Of a DNA stretch of 64,000 nucleotides, positions 60,250 to 64,000 are shown piece after piece. The DNA lies in NCBI GenBank assembly GCA_004431415.1, contig QPMI01000161.1:1-64000 (forward strand). Direction: 5' to 3'. Every line of letters begins with the position of its first letter. Position 1 is the stretch's first letter. Made by a program: the position numbers and the translations under genes. The notes under the pieces were generated by a model, which was given only the letters and a program-made list of their open reading frames with translations, made no database searches and was not told the origin of the DNA. Origin of the DNA: Cyanophora paradoxa CCMP329 (Eukaryota; Plantae; Glaucophyta).

Positions 60250-61504
60250 TCACACTGTTAATGGTTTGGTAGGCACTTTATATTTCTCAGATAATGAAAG
60301 TGAATATATCATATCTCTATGATTCATAGATGTCTTACTGAATATCGTTTGGTAGGCACTTTTTAATTGAAGTTAGGCACTTTTAATTGACGTTAGGCAC
60401 TTTTAATTGACGTTAGGCACTTAGGCACCTTTTCTGGAAACTCTCTATAAAAAATAAAATCAACGTTTTGAAAAACACAAGTTGATGTATTTGGGACTTC
60501 TTTTTAATTCTCGATAAGGAAGTGCCTAACGCGCCTACGCTGCCTACCGCGATTAAAAAAAGTGCCTACTTCGATTAACCCGCTCCATTTCAGTAGCCCG
60601 TTTTATATCTAAATGATATCCGCCGATCACGATAAAAAAGTGCCTAACCGTTTTCATCTCAGCGAAATCTCATCGATTGTTTAATTGGACATAATGCTGT
60701 AACCATCTCTTCCAACAAAATTACATCGATTAATTCAATTGAGATTGATACACCTAAGATACAATGTTTTTACAGTAAAAAACAGAATCCAATCTTATCA
60801 ATTGTTTAATTGGACATAATGCAACTCTGGGGTCATTTTCGATACAGTAAAAAGCTTACCCGAATCTCATCGATTGTTTAATTGGACCTGATGCAGTAAC
60901 CATCTCTTCCAACAAAATACGCCGCAATCTCAACGATTGTTTAATTGGACATAATGCAGTAACGAGTGAATTATTTTCATCCGATATTTCATCGATTGTT
61001 TAATTGGACATAATGCAGTAACCATCTCTTCCAACAAAATATGCCGCAATCTCATCGATTGTTTAATTGGACATAATGCAACTCTGTGTGAATTTTTGCG
61101 TTTTACGATAGAATGGGCGGTGGATTACTACAATCGTGATTATATCACAAATTTATGTTCCGTCAATCGAGATTATATCGAATTTCCATAAAATACATAT
61201 TAATCGCGTTTATATCAATCGCAAAATACGTATTTTACATTTAAATACAAATTAATCGCGTTTATATCATTGAATCAATTGAGAAATACGTAATTTATCA
61301 AAAATTTATATAAATTTCATAAAATCATAATTTAATTGATATTATACCAATTAATTTAATCGAATTTATTTAAATTTAATTGATTTTATTAAAAATTTTG
61401 ATTTATTTTTTTAATATTTTCGATTAATTTACACATAAAGAAAAACAAATTTAAATCCAGGAGCGAAGCGCGAAGCGCGAAGCGGAGGGATTTAAATTTG
61501 TATT
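60143..61504 (-). repeat. Right terminal inverted repeat (1,362 bp)
   Basis: Reverse complement of 36077-37438. Confidence 0.95.
61431..61504. other. Right terminal fold-back palindrome with (GCGAAGC)3 loop; outer arm only 17 nt
   Basis: ACACATAAAGAAAAACAAATTTAAATCC-AGGA-(GCGAAGC)3-GGAG-GGATTTAAATTTGTATT. Confidence 0.95.
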
Positions 61505-61755
61505 CCCCCCTCTCGCGATCGGCGACTCTGAAAAGAAGGCCAAAACAAGACATAACGCTTGCGTCTTTTGAATCTAAACGCACAGGTATCATTGTAAAGC
61601 CCATATCTCTCGTTTAGACGCTTATTTGCTACGAGATACAGTGCTTTTGCGGTGCTTGGAATGTTTTCAATGACGCAAATATTTGCACATAATTTTCCAA
61701 AGCTTGCAGAAAGTTTTCAGGCCAATTTTTGGGGAGTAAATTTTACTCAGCACTG

Positions 61756-61763
61756 GACGCCAC
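61756..61763. repeat. Right 8-bp target-site duplication GACGCCAC
   Basis: Identical to 36037-36044. Confidence 0.8.
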
Positions 61764-62013
61764 CACTTGCGAACTGCTCTATGTAAGGGCCTCTTTAATT
61801 ATGCCAGCTGGCGCGTAGCGCGCTCCCCCCCTCGCCCCGCCATGCCACAACACACACTCCCCAACCGAGTTATGCAATTAACTTTCTGGGTAGTATGCGC
61901 ACCTAGGTCCCTAGCACCGCGCCGGCCGCGGGCTCGCCTGCTTTTCAAGTTCGGATTGATTCAATCCCTGTTCATTTAACGGCCTGACTCTGATAGCTAT
62001 GCCCTACTTGAAA

Positions 62014-63930
62014 TCAAAATAATGCTAGCGCTAATTTCCTCTGTCGCGCCCACCTCGTCACCAGTGCGCCCTGTGGGGAAGAGCGGCGGTCATGCAAGGT
62101 CGGCGGGCTGGGAGCGGAGGGAGAGGACCGCATGGAGGACTTGGAGATGGGCGAGAAGGCGGCGCCGCCCTGGTAGAGCCCCTGGCCCAGCGCCGACACG
62201 AAGCCGGCCATCTCGTCCAGCGCCCGCTCCGCCTCGGGGCACAGCGGCACGAAGATCGGGAAGATGTGCCACATCTCCCGCCACACCTGCGTGCGCTCCG
62301 CTCAGAGGTTCGAGCGAGGCGTGCAGTCAGGCGGCGCGGGAGCTCGAGGAAGGCGCACGCGGGTGTCGCAGAAGACGCCGGCCTCGCGGGCGCGCTGGGC
62401 CAGCTGCAGGGCGTCGTCCACGTACACCTGCAGGCAGACGGGCTCGCGGGCCTGGGGCGGCGGGAGAGATGGGTAGGGCGCACGTCGTCGGAGCCGACGA
62501 CGACCATGAGCGGGGCGAGGCCGTCCAGCGGGCGGCTCGCCGCCGGCATCGTCTCGGGGACGAGCTCCTCGCCCCGCGGCGGCAGGCACTGCAGGACCAG
62601 CTCCCGCGTCGACCCTGCTTCCCGCGGACGGCCCCGCGGCCCCGGTCAGCCCGGGCTCAGATCAGATCAGCCTGATCTAGTCCGGGCGCACGGATGTGGA
62701 CGACGCAGTCATCGATGTCCTTCACGTCGTTGCTGCTCGGGCTGCACTGCGAGCGACAAAGGGGCGCCCCGGCCCGCCCCTCAGCTTCCCCTCGCAGCTG
62801 CGCTCCCGGATCCCGGACCCCCGCCTACCATGCGGAAATCGACGACGGGGCTGATCATGACGGCGCCGAGGGGCTGACCCCGGCCCTCGTCCCGCAGCTG
62901 CACCATCAGGTGCGCCGCGAGGCCCGCCCCCGCGCTGAGGCGAGGGTGAGCGGGGCCGAGGCGAACTCGCGGATGAAGCCCGAGATCTGATCCGAGGCAC
63001 CTGTCCCCCATGAGGACGATGCGGGCGGGCGGGACGCGGTGCATCTCCGTGAGCCACGAGAACGCGTTCAACGCCTCCTCCAGCTGCCCGGGCCTGCCCG
63101 AGCCCGGCCCAGGCCCCAGACCCTCGGCGCCTTGGCCGTGTGCGCAAGCCGCGCGCGGGGGCGCACCAGCGCAGCTCGGGGGCGAGCGTGTATTCGAGGG
63201 CGAAGACGCGCCCCCGTATGCGCTTCGCGAGCTCGTACAGGAAGTAGCGGTAGTGCGCGGTGGATCCCGCCATGAGGCCGCCCCCGTGCTGCACAGGGCG
63301 TCACGCGCGCGCTTCACGTCGGCGGGGCGAGCATGCGCAGGGGCGAGAAAATCGAGAGCAGGAGAACTCACGAGGAATAGGACGACCTTCCCATCGTCTT
63401 CGCCGTCTGTGCGCTGCACCCAGAGCCCGGAGATGCGCGCCCCGCGATGGCTCGCCTCCACAGGCTGAAACCAGTCGTTCGGCGGCGTAGGAGCCATCAG
63501 CGCTGTCAGGTCATACCGCTTGCGCAAGTCCGCGATCTGCGCGCCGGAGTCGGCTCGCAAACTCGCCGTTGGCATGCGCATCGAGCTCGAGCTCGCCGTT
63601 CGCGCGCACCGTCCAGTTCGGCGCCTTCGCGCGGAAAAGGAGCCACTTGAGCGCCTTTGCCTTCGGCGTTAGCTCGTCCTGCGCGGAATCCTTTGCGTGT
63701 GGCGGGCACTTCGTTACTACTAAACGGCGGACCTTTCGTAACCGGCAACCCTGAAGCGCGTACGGGACGTCGTAGACCAGCGACACGAGGCTGCACGAAG
63801 CGCTCAGCAGCACGGCAGAGCCCAGATCTTCATGTACGATTGAAACGAGTCTAGCAGTGCCGAGCGAGGCGCGGCGCACCCGATTGCAGCTCTCGAAATA
63901 TACGAGGTCATCTGCCCCTGAGAGATCCAC
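62014..63930 (-). CDS. HSL-family alpha/beta hydrolase, paralog 4 (5' end may lie beyond the window)
   Basis: VVLFL/HGGG, ALEYTLAPE, MGD/SAGAGL, MISPVVD, EMWHIFP. Confidence 0.85.
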
Positions 63931-64000
63931 GAGTCCGAGCGAGTTGAAGTCCGCCGGGTCCGCCAGTCCGATGAGTCACTAGGGGTATCACTTTCTTCGA

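Larger units (their letters stand above)
36066..61504. mobile_element. Endogenous Polinton-like virus (~25.4 kb), partly deleted
   Basis: Abrupt AT-rich, intronless block with long TIRs, capsid genes, packaging ATPase, pPolB, TVpol-helicase and an integrase remnant. Confidence 0.95.
36045..61755. mobile_element. Non-autonomous hAT-like DNA transposon shell (21-bp left arm, 251-bp right arm) enclosing the virus
   Basis: CAGTGCTGCGTA (36045-36056) versus TACTCAGCACTG (61744-61755): 11/12 inverted match, flanked by an 8-bp direct repeat; no transposase ORF. Confidence 0.75.

Noticed and set aside
36066-61504. Bacterial prophage or contaminant (suggested by S74 fibre and speD)
   Set aside because: Core genes are of Polinton/PLV type, and the block is bounded by TIRs and an outer TSD continuous with eukaryotic DNA.
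36055-61515. 5-6-bp TSD at the viral termini
   Set aside because: The immediate flanks (TTTGCGC and CCCCCCT) share no direct repeat; the only duplication is the outer 8-mer.

Overview
GC-rich, intron-dense genomic DNA of a flagellated unicellular eukaryote (1-36065 and 61505-64000), interrupted by a sharply AT-rich ~25.4-kb endogenous Polinton-like virus (36066-61504). Host genes: hybrid histidine kinase, four HSL-family alpha/beta hydrolases, RPSA/uS2 (x2), an OSCA/TMEM63 channel, AIG2-like GGCT (x2), CFAP300 and an HMG-box protein, with a 9-kb and a 2-kb tandem duplication and several GC-AG introns. The virus has 1,362-bp terminal inverted repeats and encodes a major capsid protein, two penton-like proteins, an A32-type ATPase, a TVpol-SF3 helicase, a family-B polymerase of the protein-primed type, a truncated rve integrase, a 1,750-aa S74-chaperone fibre, two paralogous fibre-like proteins, a Zn-ribbon/PD-(D/E)XK endonuclease and an AdoMet decarboxylase. 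Three things stand out. (1) Both viral ends are fold-back palindromes whose loop holds three tandem GCGAAGC mini-hairpins. (2) The virus has no target-site duplication of its own and a broken integrase, but sits inside hAT-type ends (CAGTGCTG.GTA) flanked by a perfect 8-bp duplication GACGCCAC, so it may be cargo of a cut-and-paste transposon. (3) An iteron/AT-rich origin-like module occurs three times. All family calls are from motif recognition by eye, exon coordinates are approximate, and many frameshifts may be long-read indel errors.
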